Positions 13,709 through 26,310 are shown, numbered from the stretch's first letter. The stretch is DNA of 64,000 bases from Octopus bimaculoides (GCF_001194135.2 NC_068982.1:123921474-123985473); one strand, 5' to 3'. Numbers and translations are program-made. The notes: generated by a model from the sequence alone, not told the origin.

Positions 13709-13856
13709 GTTAGTTATATTTTTTTATTTTCTTTGTTAAACAATTAAAAAATCGTTCTACATCATTTCATTTCTGGTTGTAGAAGAAGAAGTAAAGCATG
13801 GTAAAATTTCCAAGTTATGACATCCATTTGAATTTGAAGTTTAAAATCCATTCAGA

Positions 13857-14400
13857 TTCCTTTTGAGTGTTGGGCCTTCCTTTTGAGTGCTGGGCCTCAC
13901 AGAGGCAAGGTGGCTGAGTTCTTTTCAAGTGGGCCTCATGGAAGTGAGGTGGCTGAGTTCCTTTTGAGCATTGGGCCACATGGAGCTAAAGTGGCTGAGC
14001 TCCTGGGTCGCATGGGGGCAAAGTGGCTGAATTCCTTTCTAGTGCTGAGCTTCACGGAGGTGAGGTCACTGAGTTCCTTTCAAACGGGCCTCATGGAGGT
14101 GAGGTGGTTGAGTTCCTTTTGAGCATTGGGTCTCATGGAGGCAAAGTGGCCAAGCACCTTTCGAGTGTTGGCCTCATGGAGGCAGTGACCAAAACCTTTG
14201 GCATTATATCATGCTAAGACCCATCAAGCCGAGCAAAATCACAGTCATGGCAGATACTGGTGTTATGTGAATGGCACCTCTGCTGGTGACATGTTAAAGC
14301 ACCCATTACACTCTCAAATTGGCCAAATCAGATTGGATCCTGGCACAGCCATCCAGCATGCCAGCCCAGTCAAATCATTAAATGCATTACTTCACTGTTT
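13857..14400 (+). repeat. ~39-42 bp minisatellite (about 7 units) running into an RTE 3' end
   Basis: Unit ~TTCCTTTTGAGTGTTGGGCCTCATGGAGGCAAGGTGGCTGAG; TTGGGCCTCATGGAGG also occurs in the RTE tail at 24723. Confidence 0.75.
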
Positions 14401-14966
14401 CAGCCAACCTATTAAAATCCTAATTACAAACATAAAGCTAACATAGACAACTAACATCATATGTAAGTTAGTACATTAATCTATTGAACCACCTAACTGC
14501 TCAAGTTTTTGAATTTTTTAAACCATCTGATCATTGCAATATTAAGAAGATAAAATAAATATATGAGTTTATAGATGTACTAGTCTGGTAAGTGATTTGA
14601 TCTGAAACCATGTGTTAAAGCTAAAATGATTCCAGCATCAAAGACACATATTAGCCACTCAAAAACACACAGAGACTATTAACTTCACTTAAACATTTAT
14701 TAGTTGATGTCAAAGTTTTCATTACATCAACTCAGTTACTGTGGAAATGTGTCAATGACCAGGTCACAGTTGACGTAACAAAAATTTTGACACCAAATAA
14801 TGAATGTTTAAATGAAGTTAACAGTTTTGTGTTTTTGAATAGCTAATATATGTCTTCCATTCTGTAATTGTATGAAAATATAAAAGTAAATTTAATAAAG
14901 AATAATTCTTTGATATCTAAAAAAAAAAACTTAATTGCTATTCCTTACATTTTTTACCTTCTTCAG

Positions 14967-15048
14967 GCAAATGATACAGGCAGTTATGTTTGCACAGCTA
15001 CAAACAGAGTTGGCGAAGATTCCCACGAAATACTTTTAAGAGTACAAG
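14967..15048 (+). CDS. HMCN1: Hemicentin-1-like exon, C-part of Ig domain (ANDTGSYVCTATNRVGEDSHEILLRVQ)
   Basis: cttcag acceptor, G|gtaac donor; 82 nt, phase 0-1. Confidence 0.92.
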
Positions 15049-15670
15049 GTAACATTTATATCTTATTTTGTAGCATTTTCTGAAATTCTCTTCTAATTTT
15101 TTAAAATATAAACCAGTGTCTAAAGAAGCTAATGGTAGTTCACAGCAGAAAAATATATAATATATACACTTGTCAAAACATGAGTTTGGATAAGTGTATA
15201 TATGCCATAAGGAAACAATGGACCCTGAAATGAAGGGGTAGTCTTAAAACAGGTGATTCCTCTTTTTTTCCATTGTATCAGAGCTTATCCAAACTCTCAA
15301 ACTTCACTTTACACAGCATATTTTCCTTCCCTTGTTCTCAATGTTAATAGAACTTTTCACAAAATATGATGCAAATAACTTGCTGATCAAATATTCATTT
15401 TTAATTACATCTACAGTTAATTATTTGGATTCTTCAAATCTAAGATTTGACATTACTCTCACTTACAGGCCATAAAATCCCATATTCCTCATATTAATCA
15501 GTTGCCATTTGCTGTTTCATTAATTTGTTACATCACTTCTTGAGTAATTTAGGTGATATTCTTGTTGATTAATGGAATTTTAAGATTTCAAGCTTGTTGA
15601 TATATAAAATATACCCACTTTCAACCAGTATTTAGACAAATTATTTCACATGTATGTGTGAATGTATGTA

Positions 15671-15716
<46 letters not shown>

Positions 15717-15774
15717 TACATACACACACATATATACACACACACATACACAAATACATGCATACATATATGTA

Positions 15775-15818
<44 letters not shown>

Positions 15819-15878
15819 CTTTATATATGGAATTGTTTTATTTACAAAAAATATTTTTCATTTTACTTCTATCTTCAG

Positions 15879-16010
15879 TCCCACCAAGCTTCAAAACATT
15901 ACCAGTAAATAAAGAAGTTCTTGTCGGTTCACGACTTAAGTTGCAGTGTTCTGCAGATGGAATTCCAGTTCCGGTCATATCTTGGCGACATAATGGCAAT
16001 GCTATCCATG
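15879..16010 (+). CDS. HMCN1: Hemicentin-1-like exon, N-half of Ig domain (VPPSFKTLP...[23 protein letters not shown])
   Basis: atcttcag acceptor; donor G|gtacaa is weak but frame-compatible; 132 nt, phase 1-1. Confidence 0.88.
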
Positions 16011-16466
16011 GTACAAATAAAGCCACTTACATAATGTTTTGTTTTCCTTTATTTCAATCTAATAATATAATATTATGATTATAGATTAGCAAGAGAAGCA
16101 GCATTAATACCAAGAGATAATATTTATCCCTACTTAAACATGGATGGTCTGTAAGAACAAACTATACTATGGTAATTGCTATGAGAGAAACATTCATATT
16201 GGTTTTTGGTGCAAAATACATTCTTGTTTATATCATTACCACCAGTGATATAAACAAGAGTGCATTTTGCACCAAAAGCCAATATGAGAGTTTTTCTCGT
16301 GGTATCTACGGCAGTATAGTTTGTTCTAACAGAACATCTATATTTAAGTGGAGATAAATATTACTTCTCAACATGGTGAATATTTTACAATTTTTCTATT
16401 TCAACCAATAATAATATGTATTGACATTGACGATAACATTATTGTCTGTTCTTTCTTATCATTTAG

Positions 16467-16598
16467 CTCCGCCGAGTATAAATGGCCAAAGTAAGCTTAT
16501 TGTAAGAAATACAGGCAAAGAAGACAGTGGCCGATATACGTGTATTGCCAAAAATCCTGCTGGACAGCGAGAAACTCAAGCTACTGTTGGTGTGAAAG
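16467..16598 (+). CDS. HMCN1: Hemicentin-1-like exon, C-half of Ig domain (APPSINGQSKLIVRNTGKEDSGRYTCIAKNPAG...GVK)
   Basis: atttag acceptor, G|gtatt donor; 132 nt, phase 1-1. SINGQSKL..KEDSG resembles human HMCN1 SVNGHSEL..KEDSG (recalled). Confidence 0.92.
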
Positions 16599-16825
16599 GT
16601 ATTATATGTTACATGTTTCTTGAAGTAAATATAACAACAACATTGACTTATGATATACACCATAGCTACAGATAAACATTATTAACTTCACTATTATTAA
16701 TCATGCAGAACATTGAGTATTTTCAATCACTAAATATCAGTTGTTCTCTCATTCATTAACTACCTTACAGTGATGTAAATAACACCAAACAATGAACACT
16801 TCCATTAAAAACAATTGTCTCGAGA

Positions 16826-16856
<31 letters not shown>

Positions 16857-17067
16857 GATCTTATAAGGTGATGCACAAGCACACAGCTCATAGTGCACTG
16901 CCTCCTATAGTAGAAACAGCTGCAAGCTAAGGGAGTAGATTGCATAATTCACATACTTTTGTCAGTCCATTAATTTATATTATGCTCTGTACTCACCTAG
17001 CACTTTATCCTGAAGCTTATGTATATTGAGTTCTAACAACAGATTATTAGTATTAAGCAAAATCATA

Positions 17068-17110
<43 letters not shown>

Positions 17111-17213
17111 CATACATACATGCATACATACATACATGCATACATACATACATACATAGAAATATATAGATAGATAGACTGACAGACAGAGATATAGATT
17201 TATATACACGGAC

Positions 17214-17261
<48 letters not shown>

Positions 17262-17630
17262 CTCAGAGATTTATTGCTTGTTTCTCCTTTTTCAAGATCA
17301 GCAACAATTTGTCACTGGAAAGAGCATATAGTATTTTGCGTTTGGAATGGGTTTTCTTTGCTAGCTGGTGATTGTCATATGCTGATGATGGGTTACTATC
17401 CGAAAACCTAGGTCTGTGTGTATGATGTGATGCTAGAGAAGGGAATAATGATTTTCCTTCACAAATACTAATCGGACCCAGATAGTGTGTCGTTAGCCAG
17501 CTGGAGGAGATGTTATCCTGGGGCTATAAACAATGGTAGCATTGTCCCCTATGGGTCCGCCACATTTAGGTGGAAAATATACTTCACGATTCCATGCTGC
17601 TACTGTTTCCGTCTCACTCAGAGATTTATT
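17262..17630 (+). mobile_element. 355-nt unit with terminal direct repeat CTCAGAGATTTATT and an internal hammerhead-like motif (retrozyme-like or non-autonomous Penelope-type)
   Basis: Direct repeat at 17262 and 17617; (TA)n on both sides; partial homolog at 6764-6828. Confidence 0.55.
17375..17420 (+). ncRNA. Minimal type-I hammerhead ribozyme-like motif with one core deviation
   Basis: CTGATGA 17382-17388; stem II GGGT-TACT-ATCC; GAAAA; palindromic ACCTAGGT; GUC site at 17412-17414; stem I CATATG/TGTGTG (three wobbles). Confidence 0.5.
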
Positions 17631-17714
17631 ATTGCTATATATATATAAGAATAAGAGACAATGTGTAGTGTTCCAGTAAATATGTATATATATATGTATA
17701 TGGATATATATATA

Positions 17715-18030
17715 CATCATCATCATCATCGTTTAACGTCCGCTTTCCATGCTAGCATGGGTTGGACGATTTGACTGAGGACTGGTGAAACCGGATGGCA
17801 ACACCAGGCTCCAATCTGATTTGGCAGAGTTTCTACAGCTGGATGCCCTTCCTAACGTCAACCACTCCGAGAGCGTAGTGGTTGCTTTTACGTGTCACCC
17901 GCACGAAGGCCAGTCAGGCGGTACTGGCAACGGCCACGCTCAAAATGGTGTATTTTATGTGCCACCTGCACAAGAGCCAGTCCAGGGGCACTGGCAACCA
18001 TCTGGCTCGAAAATCCTTACACATGTCACA
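17715..18030 (-). mobile_element. RTE LINE 3' UTR/tail with (GAT)n; further copies at 12400-12610(-), 18670-18930(-), 28800-29097(+), 41000-41200(-), 53130-53570(-), 55905-56262(+), 56655-56945(+)
   Basis: Near-identical to the tail at 47664-47892 (..ccaacccatgctagcatggaaagcggacgttaaacgatgatgat). Confidence 0.85.
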
Positions 18031-18083
18031 GGCACAAGTATATGTAAATGCATGTGTGTATATGTATGTAAATATGTATATGT

Positions 18084-18149
<66 letters not shown>

Positions 18150-18189
18150 GTGCCAGTTCAACAACTATCTAGTAATAGCACAGACCCTC

Positions 18190-18640
18190 ATTAAATTCCA
18201 GGTTGGTATCTGGGATTCTGGAAGACTACTAGGAGTGAGGTACCCCTCAGCTTTTGTTAAAGGTAGTCATTCTCATATGAAATAGATATTCAGGGAATGA
18301 CATTGAGCATTTTGGGGATCTTTTGCTTGTGCTTGAGATCACAATACTCCTGCATTTTTGAGCCGGTGTCTCATATTAACACTGGCTTTTCTCTGGATCA
18401 TATCAGTTGGGTGGAGAGGGCCTGTGAGGTGTTGTGCAAGCCTCATTGGACCTGAAATTTTTCTTCATGTAATCACTGGTGATGTAGTCAAGTAGGAGGG
18501 TGCTACAGCAAGCATAGAAGCTGCAGGCACAAGACCGGGCAGAGCCAACTGTGGGTGCAATAACCTCATGTGCTGGTATTGCATACATTCTGCATGAACA
18601 GTGGTCAGTGATGGTCTCCCTTGGTTATGAGTGGACAACC
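18190..18640 (-). mobile_element. Possible decayed non-LTR (I/Jockey-group-like) post-RT fragment
   Basis: GC-richer tract; frameshifted STLLLDY...FQVQNEAC.TLTG resembles LINE post-RT sequence. Weak. Confidence 0.3.
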
Positions 18641-19172
18641 ATTATCTACATATATATGTATATATCATCACCATCATCATCATCATCATTTAACGTCCGT
18701 TGTCCATGCTGGCATGGATTGGTAGTTTGACCAGAACTAGCAAGCTGGGGAGCTGCACCAGACTCCAGTCTGGTTTGGTATGATTTCTATAGCTCGATGT
18801 TCTTCCTAATGCCAACCACTTTAGAGATTGTGCTGGGTACTTTTACATGGCACTGCACGGACACTTTTACATGTCAGTGCACAGGCTCTTTTATGTGGCA
18901 CCACACAAGCATTTTTATGTGATATCAGTAATATCATTTGCTGAAGTTTTTTGATAAACTATTCAAGATTTTGATTGCAGTGAATTCTAATCTTTTAACA
19001 TAAACAGAATTAATATTTCTTAAGATATGATTCCATAATTATACATGAATATTAATCTTTGGTTAATGTGTATATGATATGGAAAATATAAACATGCACT
19101 TGTATATAAAAATAATATCATAATAACAGAAACATTAGTATGATAGCTTGTTTATGGAAAATTCTCCATGTG

Positions 19173-20405
19173 TTGGGTCATCCCATAAATCTGGTCTCTT
19201 CAATTGCATGAACTAAATGTCAGAGAGAGACGGAATAAACTACCTGCATCAATTTGCTATAAAAGCAGGTAGTAATTTTACCTTGTACTTATTCTTAGTG
19301 CAAGTTTTGAAAAGTGCAGTTAGATTTTTAACAGTAATTTTTTCAAAGCTATAATGGAAGTGACAAAGGAGCATATTCGGCATATTTTGCTTTATGAATT
19401 CAATAAAGGCAACAACGCAATGGAAAGTGTAAGGAATATTAATGCAGTATATGGGGATTGGAAAATAAGCATAAGCCAGTGTCAATGGTTCCAGAAATTC
19501 TGAGCCAGAAACTACAGCCTAGAAGACGAGCCTCGTCTTGGAAGATCTGTAGAACTCGACGAGGACGTCCTGCAAATCCTGGTGGAACAAAATCCCATTG
19601 TAACTGTTTAGGAACTAGCAGAGAAGCTTGGATTTGGTCATTCAACCATCGTGTGCCATCAGAAAAGCCAGCAAACTGGGTCAATGGGTTCCTCACAAAC
19701 TTTCCCAGTCTAATCGCATGCAAAGAGTGAATATGTGCTCTTCTTTGCTCATAAATGAACCATTTTTAGATCGAATAGTGACTGTTAAGGAGAGATGGGT
19801 TCTCTATAAAAATGTCAAGTGCTGCAGACAGTGGGTAGTGAAAGGAGAAACGCCTGCACCCCAGGGTAAAGACGGTCTTCACCTATGGAAGGTTTTGTTT
19901 TGTGTTTTGTGGGATATAGAAGGTTTAGCCTACTTTGAACTTTTAAACCCAAACCAAACGATAAGAAAGGAGATCTACTGTGAGCAGCTTGTGTGCCTTA
20001 AGTCAGCACTAGAAGAAAAATGACCATTTTTGGTTTCAAGACATCAGGATAATGCTCAACCACATACAGCAAGAATGACATTCGAAAGGTTGGGGCAGTT
20101 TGAATGGGAAACGATGCTCCACCCACCATATTCGCCGGACATTGCCCAATCTGATTGTCATTTATTCCGAAGTCGTCAATGACTACAGAATAAATGTAGA
20201 TGAGGTCAGAACAGTACTGGAGGAATATTTTTTATCACTGACCAGTGAAGTCTGGAAGAGGGACCTTGCAAGTCTACCAGATAGCTGGAAGAGATTTGTA
20301 GAAAATGAAGGAGAGTATATTTTAGATTAAGAAAGAACTTTATTTATCTTAATTTTGAAAAATAAAAAAGTATGAAAAAACCACATTATTTATGGGATGA
20401 TCCAA
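19173..20405 (+). mobile_element. Near full-length mariner transposon with pseudogenised transposase (19354-20330)
   Basis: TIRs TTGGGTCATCCCATAAAT / ATTTATGGGATGATCCAA+TA; MEVTKEHIRHILLYEF start, WVPHKL, DNAQPH and PYSPDIAQSD motifs; frameshifts and stops. Confidence 0.93.
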
Positions 20406-22080
20406 TACTTACGAATATTGGATAAGACAGAAATTGTATTTCATGAAAGAGTAGATTAAGCATTATTCTATGATTACATTGCAGGTCTTTGTAGAGAAAG
20501 ATTACAGCCTTATTTTGGTTAGGTTTTAATACAACCAAAATGTGTGAAAAATTAACTTTTATGACATTATTTTACTATAATATATAGCATCCGTCTATGT
20601 GCTTTCCTTGCAAGAGCTGGGTACCAAACTAAATGTTGCTCTGACTACAAAACCTTCTGCATAAAGACCATACATTTTTTTGTATTCTAGTTTCCATAGA
20701 ATATAAGTGACCAAGTTTACAATATTCTCTTGAATGGGACGCCATTCAGTTGTAGGGTTCAAGGCTAGCAACTTTGAAGGTAAAGGACAAGTATATTATT
20801 GATACATTGACCCTCCACCCCCACCCTCAGTAGTTGACTGGTTCTTTATTTTAACGATTTCAAAATAATGAAAGGCAAAGTTGGGATATGAACTCAAAAT
20901 GTAAAGAGTGAGAAGAAATGCTGCTAAGCATTTTGTCCAACATGCAAACAGTTCTGCCAGCTCATTATCTTAAAGGCCTTATGTATATAGATATACCCAG
21001 GCCTATTCCCCATTTTTATAGGTGGGGGTAGCCACAACAAGACACACACCAGGTATTCCATTCATTTCCCAGCTCAAAGAGGCGAGCCCTGTTCTATGCT
21101 CAGTTCAAGGCATAGAACACCTTATGTACAAAGCTAAAAACATCTCTTTATTGAATTTTAGAGATCATTCTTATATTTTATTTCCTGGTGGCTGTGTGGT
21201 AAGTAGCTTGCTTACCAACCACATGGTTCCGGGTTCAGTCCCACTGCGTGGCACCTTGGGCAAGTGTCTTCTACTATAGCCTCAGGCCGACCAAAACCTT
21301 GTGAGTGGATTTGGTAGACGGAAAATGAAAGAAGCCCATCGTATATATGTATGTATGTGTATATGTTTGCGTGTCTGTGTCTGTCCCCCAACATCGCTTG
21401 ACAACCGATGCTGGTGTGTTTACGTCCCCGTAACTTAGCAGTTTGGCAAAAGAGACCGATAGAATAAGTACTAGGCTTCCAAAGAATAAGTCCTGGGGTC
21501 GATTTGCTCGACTAAAAAGGTGGTGCTCCAGCATGGCCACAGTCAAATGACTGACCAAGTAAAAGAGTAAGAAATCAATTTAGAAGAGTTGAGATTCTAT
21601 AAAAATGTAATAACAAACACTGTATCTTGAGATCAAGGTCGTATTTATCACAGGAAGTTAGGTCTCGTCTGTGTTGATTAAACAGTTTTAATCTCTGTAT
21701 AATGTGACGCAACTATGCTTTACTCCTCCCATCAGACAACAAAAGATGTTATATTATTTTATAAAATATTTAGTAATTCCATGTGTTTAACTATAAAAAA
21801 ATAGCTATAATTATTTCAGTATAGTTTACTTGGATTGGTCTTGAAAAAAATTAGGTTAAATTCCATGAGTATAGGATACAAAAGGCCACATATGATGATG
21901 ACATTTCGATATTTTTATCAAAACATTTGAAAATTTTGTATCTTTAGTGTGTGTGTGCATGTGTGTGTGTGTGAGTGTGTGTACGTATGCATGTGTATGT
22001 GCATGTATATATACTTATATATATATATATACATATGGATGGATGTATGTATATATATATATATATATATATATCACTAA

Positions 22081-23972
22081 TTTAGGGACGAACCATCACT
22101 CTACAACTCAGTCAACTCAGAACCCGTCCAAATCCATGCTGTGAGGCATATACTATCTTAATATATCTAAGATTTTAATCTAAAAACTTAAATTAAATAA
22201 CATATTACATAAATAAATCATAGAAATATTAATTTAAAAATTTAAAAGTTACAATTATAAATTGGACAGTAAAAATTAATACGTAGTAATAATGATAACA
22301 TTAAACTGTAGTAATAATGATAACATAAATACTACTTACATTGGGACGACTTCCAATAAAATTAAATCCTGGGTGGCCCAACATATGAATTCTTTTAAGA
22401 ACAGAAATTTAATGAACTCTACGGGCCTTAGTAAATACATTTGGGAACTTAAATCTAAAAGAATAGAATACGAGTTAAAATGGGAAATAGTTTGAAAGGC
22501 TAAATCATATAGGATAGGGAATAAATTCTGTTTATTATGTACTAACGAGATATTAAAGAGATATTAGCTAATAAAAAATTAACTCCCACGATGAACGTAA
22601 TATTAAATGCAAACATAAAACTAAATTACTTATATAATAAGTTTAGATAACTAACTTATTTATTTAAACCTAGGATTAGATACCAACTTTAGTTATGATC
22701 AGTAGCGTATGATACATCAAATTAGCTTTGGAATACACTTTAATCATCTCAATATTAGACAAATTGGAACATATAACTACCTTTACTTTAAGTATTCATC
22801 GATAACATGAGCAGTCTTTTACAATGTTTCATAACATTATTTAAGTAATACATAACTTTCGTATTTGGTATAGTTATTATTCTGTGTAAATCTGAGAGTT
22901 TTAAGTATTTTAGTATTATTAATCTTCCATAAACTTTTTATTTTAGGTAGCTTTTTCTTCTTCGATATTTTCGTTATTATTTTAGTAATTATAATACGTA
23001 TTTACCTCTGGTAATGGACGCCATGTTTATCACGTGACTTTTCAGTATTAATTTTCATAGCATTATTTACGTAATATAGAATTTTGGTATGTGTATTGTT
23101 ATTACTCTGCATTAATTTGCAAGTTTAAGTATTTTAGTATTTTTAATCCTCAAGAATCTTTTTATTTTAGATAAATTTTCTTTTTCGATATTTTCGTTAT
23201 TATTTTAGAAATTATAATACGCATTACTTCTGGGTAATAGACGCCATATTTATCATGTGACCTTTTAGTATAAATTCTATAACACAGGCATTTTGATTTA
23301 GTCTACAGCTACCCACCGGCAGATAAGTCATGTTTTCTTATTTTAATTTTATAAACAATATTGACATCCGTCTTTTAGTAACTTTATACACTAACACATT
23401 TTTTTACTATTATCTACTTATTCCATAATGTTTTAACCTTGTTTACTATAATACTCTTTTTCAATATTTTTAGACTGTAACTCTTAATAATTATATTAAT
23501 ACCGTTAATGTAGGGATTAGTTTACAGATTTTGTCTCTTAATATATATATTTTTATTTCTCATGTTTATGTTTATTCCTTGAATGATTTTAGGTATTTTC
23601 TTAGGGATTTGACTTGAAGAGAGACTGACTTTGGGAGTAAAATCATTTTCCCCGTTCTAATGAACTTGGATAGAATTTGCTTATGATTTTATATAGTCCT
23701 ATTTCAGCCATGAAACACGCGTTGTCTATATACTAGCACTAACTTTTAACATCTATACTTCTATACTGTATATTATCGTATTAATTTTTACTGTCCAATT
23801 TATGATTTTAACTTTTAAATTTTTTAAAATTATTATTTCTATGATTTATTTATGTAATATATTATTTAATTTAAATTTTTAGATTAGAATCTTAGATATA
23901 TTAAGATGGTATATGCCTCACAGCATGGATTTGGATGGGTTCTGAGTTGTAGAGTGGTGGTTCGTCCCTAAA
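22081..23972 (+). mobile_element. 5'-truncated Penelope-like element: GIY-YIG remnant, ~200-bp inverted termini, 224-bp internal tandem duplication
   Basis: YIGTTSNKIKSW..H..SF...STGLSKYIWELK...W...FCLLCTNE (22337-22550); 22081-22283 is the reverse complement of 23777-23972; repeat units begin near 22901 and 23125. Confidence 0.85.
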
Positions 23973-24419
23973 TAAGTAATATACATATATATTATATATT
24001 AGAAAACCCAGTGTAATATTATACCGATTTTTGCCTGTAAGGTTGGAATAAAATTTTTATTCCCTAATATTGAACATTACATCCTCTTTTGTACAGAGCA
24101 ATCACAGAATATCAGTTTATTGTGAATATATATAAAAATCACCATAAACCAAGAAACAAGTTCAACCCTATGAAAACTACAATTTCAAAGAAGGACAACT
24201 TAAAACCATGAGAACAAGCTAAAAAGCTTCACAGGCAATAAAGCACATCAAGCATGTGTTTCCATCATCAACTGTCAATATATCAGATGACATATGCCTG
24301 TGTGTGTGTGTGTGTGTGTGTGATCATCATAATCATTTAATGTCTGTCCTTCATGCTGGTATGGGTTGGAAGATAAATGTACAGTGACAGTGATGGGGTT
24401 CAGAAATATATAGGAGTGG

Positions 24420-25035
24420 ATTAGGGTGGATGTCAACAGATGTGATGGTATGTTCATGCTGGTATGTTCATGTAATGTGTATGAATGAAGACAGTTGTGT
24501 GAAGAAATGCCAATCTCTAATTGTGGAGGGAACTTGTGGAAGAGGTAGACCCAGGAAGACATGGGATGAGGTGATGAAGCATGATCTTCGAATGTTGGGT
24601 CTCATGGAGGCAATGACTAGTGACTGAGGCTTTTGGTGATATGCAATGCTTGAGAAGACCTGTCAAGCCAAGTGAAATCACAGTCCTGGCCCATGCCAGT
24701 GTCACAAACGCACCCTTCAAACTTTGGGCCTCATGGAGGCAATGACAAGTGACCAAGATCTTTGGCAATATACTGTGCTTGAGAAGACCTGTCACGCCAG
24801 GTGAGACCATAGTTGTGGTTGATGCAAGTGTTTTGTAACTGGCACTCATGCTGGTGGCACGTAAAAAGCACCCACTACACTCTTGGAGTGGTTGGCATTA
24901 GGAATGGCATCCAGCTGTAGAAACTATGCCAAATCAGACTGAAACCTGGTGCAGCTCCCCAGCTTACCAGTTTTCAGTTAAACCATCCAACCCATGACAG
25001 CATGGAAAAAGGACATTAAATGATGATGATGACAG
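24420..25035 (+). mobile_element. RTE LINE 3' end with locally duplicated ORF2 terminus
   Basis: VKKCQSLIVEGTCGRGRPRKTWDEVMKHDLRMLGL; the segment ctcatggaggcaatgac..gagaagacctgtca occurs twice; (GAT)n tail. Confidence 0.85.
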
Positions 25036-25420
25036 GTACAGGTGTAGCTGTTTGGTTAAGAAATTACTTCAGTCCCATTGTGTGGCACCTTTGGCAAGTG
25101 TGTTGTGGTCCTAGGACTGACCAAAGCTTTGTGAGTGAATTTTTGGAAGACAAAATGTAAAAAAAAGTCCATTATGTATGTATATACGTATGTCTGTGTG
25201 TATGTACTTATGTGTGTGTTTGTATATACTCTTGTGTAGACATGTCATGGATGTAAATAAGTGTCATCACATAAGCAAGGTCGTTCGGTCCCAGTCTGCC
25301 ATGAGAATATGTTTGGTCAAGGAGAAATATTACCTTGCTTAGAAACAGGCGAGGATGGCAGCAAGAAGATTTGCCTCAACAAATTTCGTCTGATCCATGC
25401 AATTCTGCTAGTTTCCTACC
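25035..25420 (+). mobile_element. tRNA-derived SINE, tail type B (same head, RTE-like tail); further copies or tails at 7870-8100(-), 8330-8480, 27812-28250, 29510-29965, 38880-39200, 55040-55330(-), 56370-56580, 59453-59920, 62240-62485
   Basis: Head as at 2139; tail ..ggaagggcatccagccatagaaaatctgcctcaacaaattccatctgacccatgcaagcatggaaaagtggacgttaaa(GAT)n. Confidence 0.75.
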
Positions 25421-25769
25421 CTTGGTTAATTGGAATAATGGATAGTAACTAACCTATTCTAGCAATAAATAGATACACACACACACATACATACACCTAT
25501 ATATATAGTTAACATTTACTAGAGTCAGTATATAAATGTGTGTGTGTGTGCAGGCACACATGTGTACTGACTATAACAATTATTTATAGGCTCTTTACTT
25601 TGTTTGCAATGCATATGATATATATATATGCAATATATAAATATATATTTATGTATGAAACACATATTTTTACAGATAGGTACATACATACACACACACA
25701 CACATGCACATAATGACATTCTTATAATATCAACAGTGAAACTCTTCTTACAGCTGTCACAAAACTTTT

Positions 25770-26310
25770 AATGGGAAATCACCTGGGAGACACCTGTTAG
25801 CTGATTATTATTATTATAGGAAAGTCACATTCTCTGACCAGCCTTCATTAATATGTTCAAAATATCAATGAATGCTGAGAATGACATGCCAAACTGGTTG
25901 GCAGCCATATGTTCAACACTTGTAACTAAAAACTTGGAGACACACTTAGCCAAAAATTATAAGTTTGAATGTAATATATAAATTATACACAAGTTGCTTG
26001 ATGTCATTCCTCCAGAATCACTGAGAAACATACAGCGTGATGAGTGAAGAACAGGTAAGAGGAAAGAAAGGTGTTTGGAGTTGTATCAAAGAACTCCATA
26101 TCAACAAAATTGTCCTTAAGGAAGTGAAACAGCATAACCAAAATCTGCCAATTGTTGGCTAGACTATAAGAAGGATTTTGATTCTGTTCCTCATTCATGG
26201 ATAATAGAATCACTCTACTTTGCTAAGATTCCAACTGCTATAGTCAATGCCATTAAGAGGCTGACAATAACATGGTCTACAGAATTATCGTTAAGAACTG
26301 AAGCTTCCAC
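25770..26310 (+). mobile_element. R4/Dong-type (RLE-class) retrotransposon RT fragment
   Basis: KSPG...MPNWLAA...LNVIYKLYT...WLDYKKDFDSVPHSWIIESL..AKIP (26162-26200 is the DYKKAFDSVPH motif); frameshifted. Confidence 0.8.

Noticed and set aside
20485-20517. Possible 33-nt symmetric microexon (ttgcag...TTG|gttagg) that is open in the hemicentin frame
   Set aside because: Such sites are expected by chance in 42 kb, and the peptide (GLCRERLQPYF) adds an unpaired Cys. It needs junction reads.
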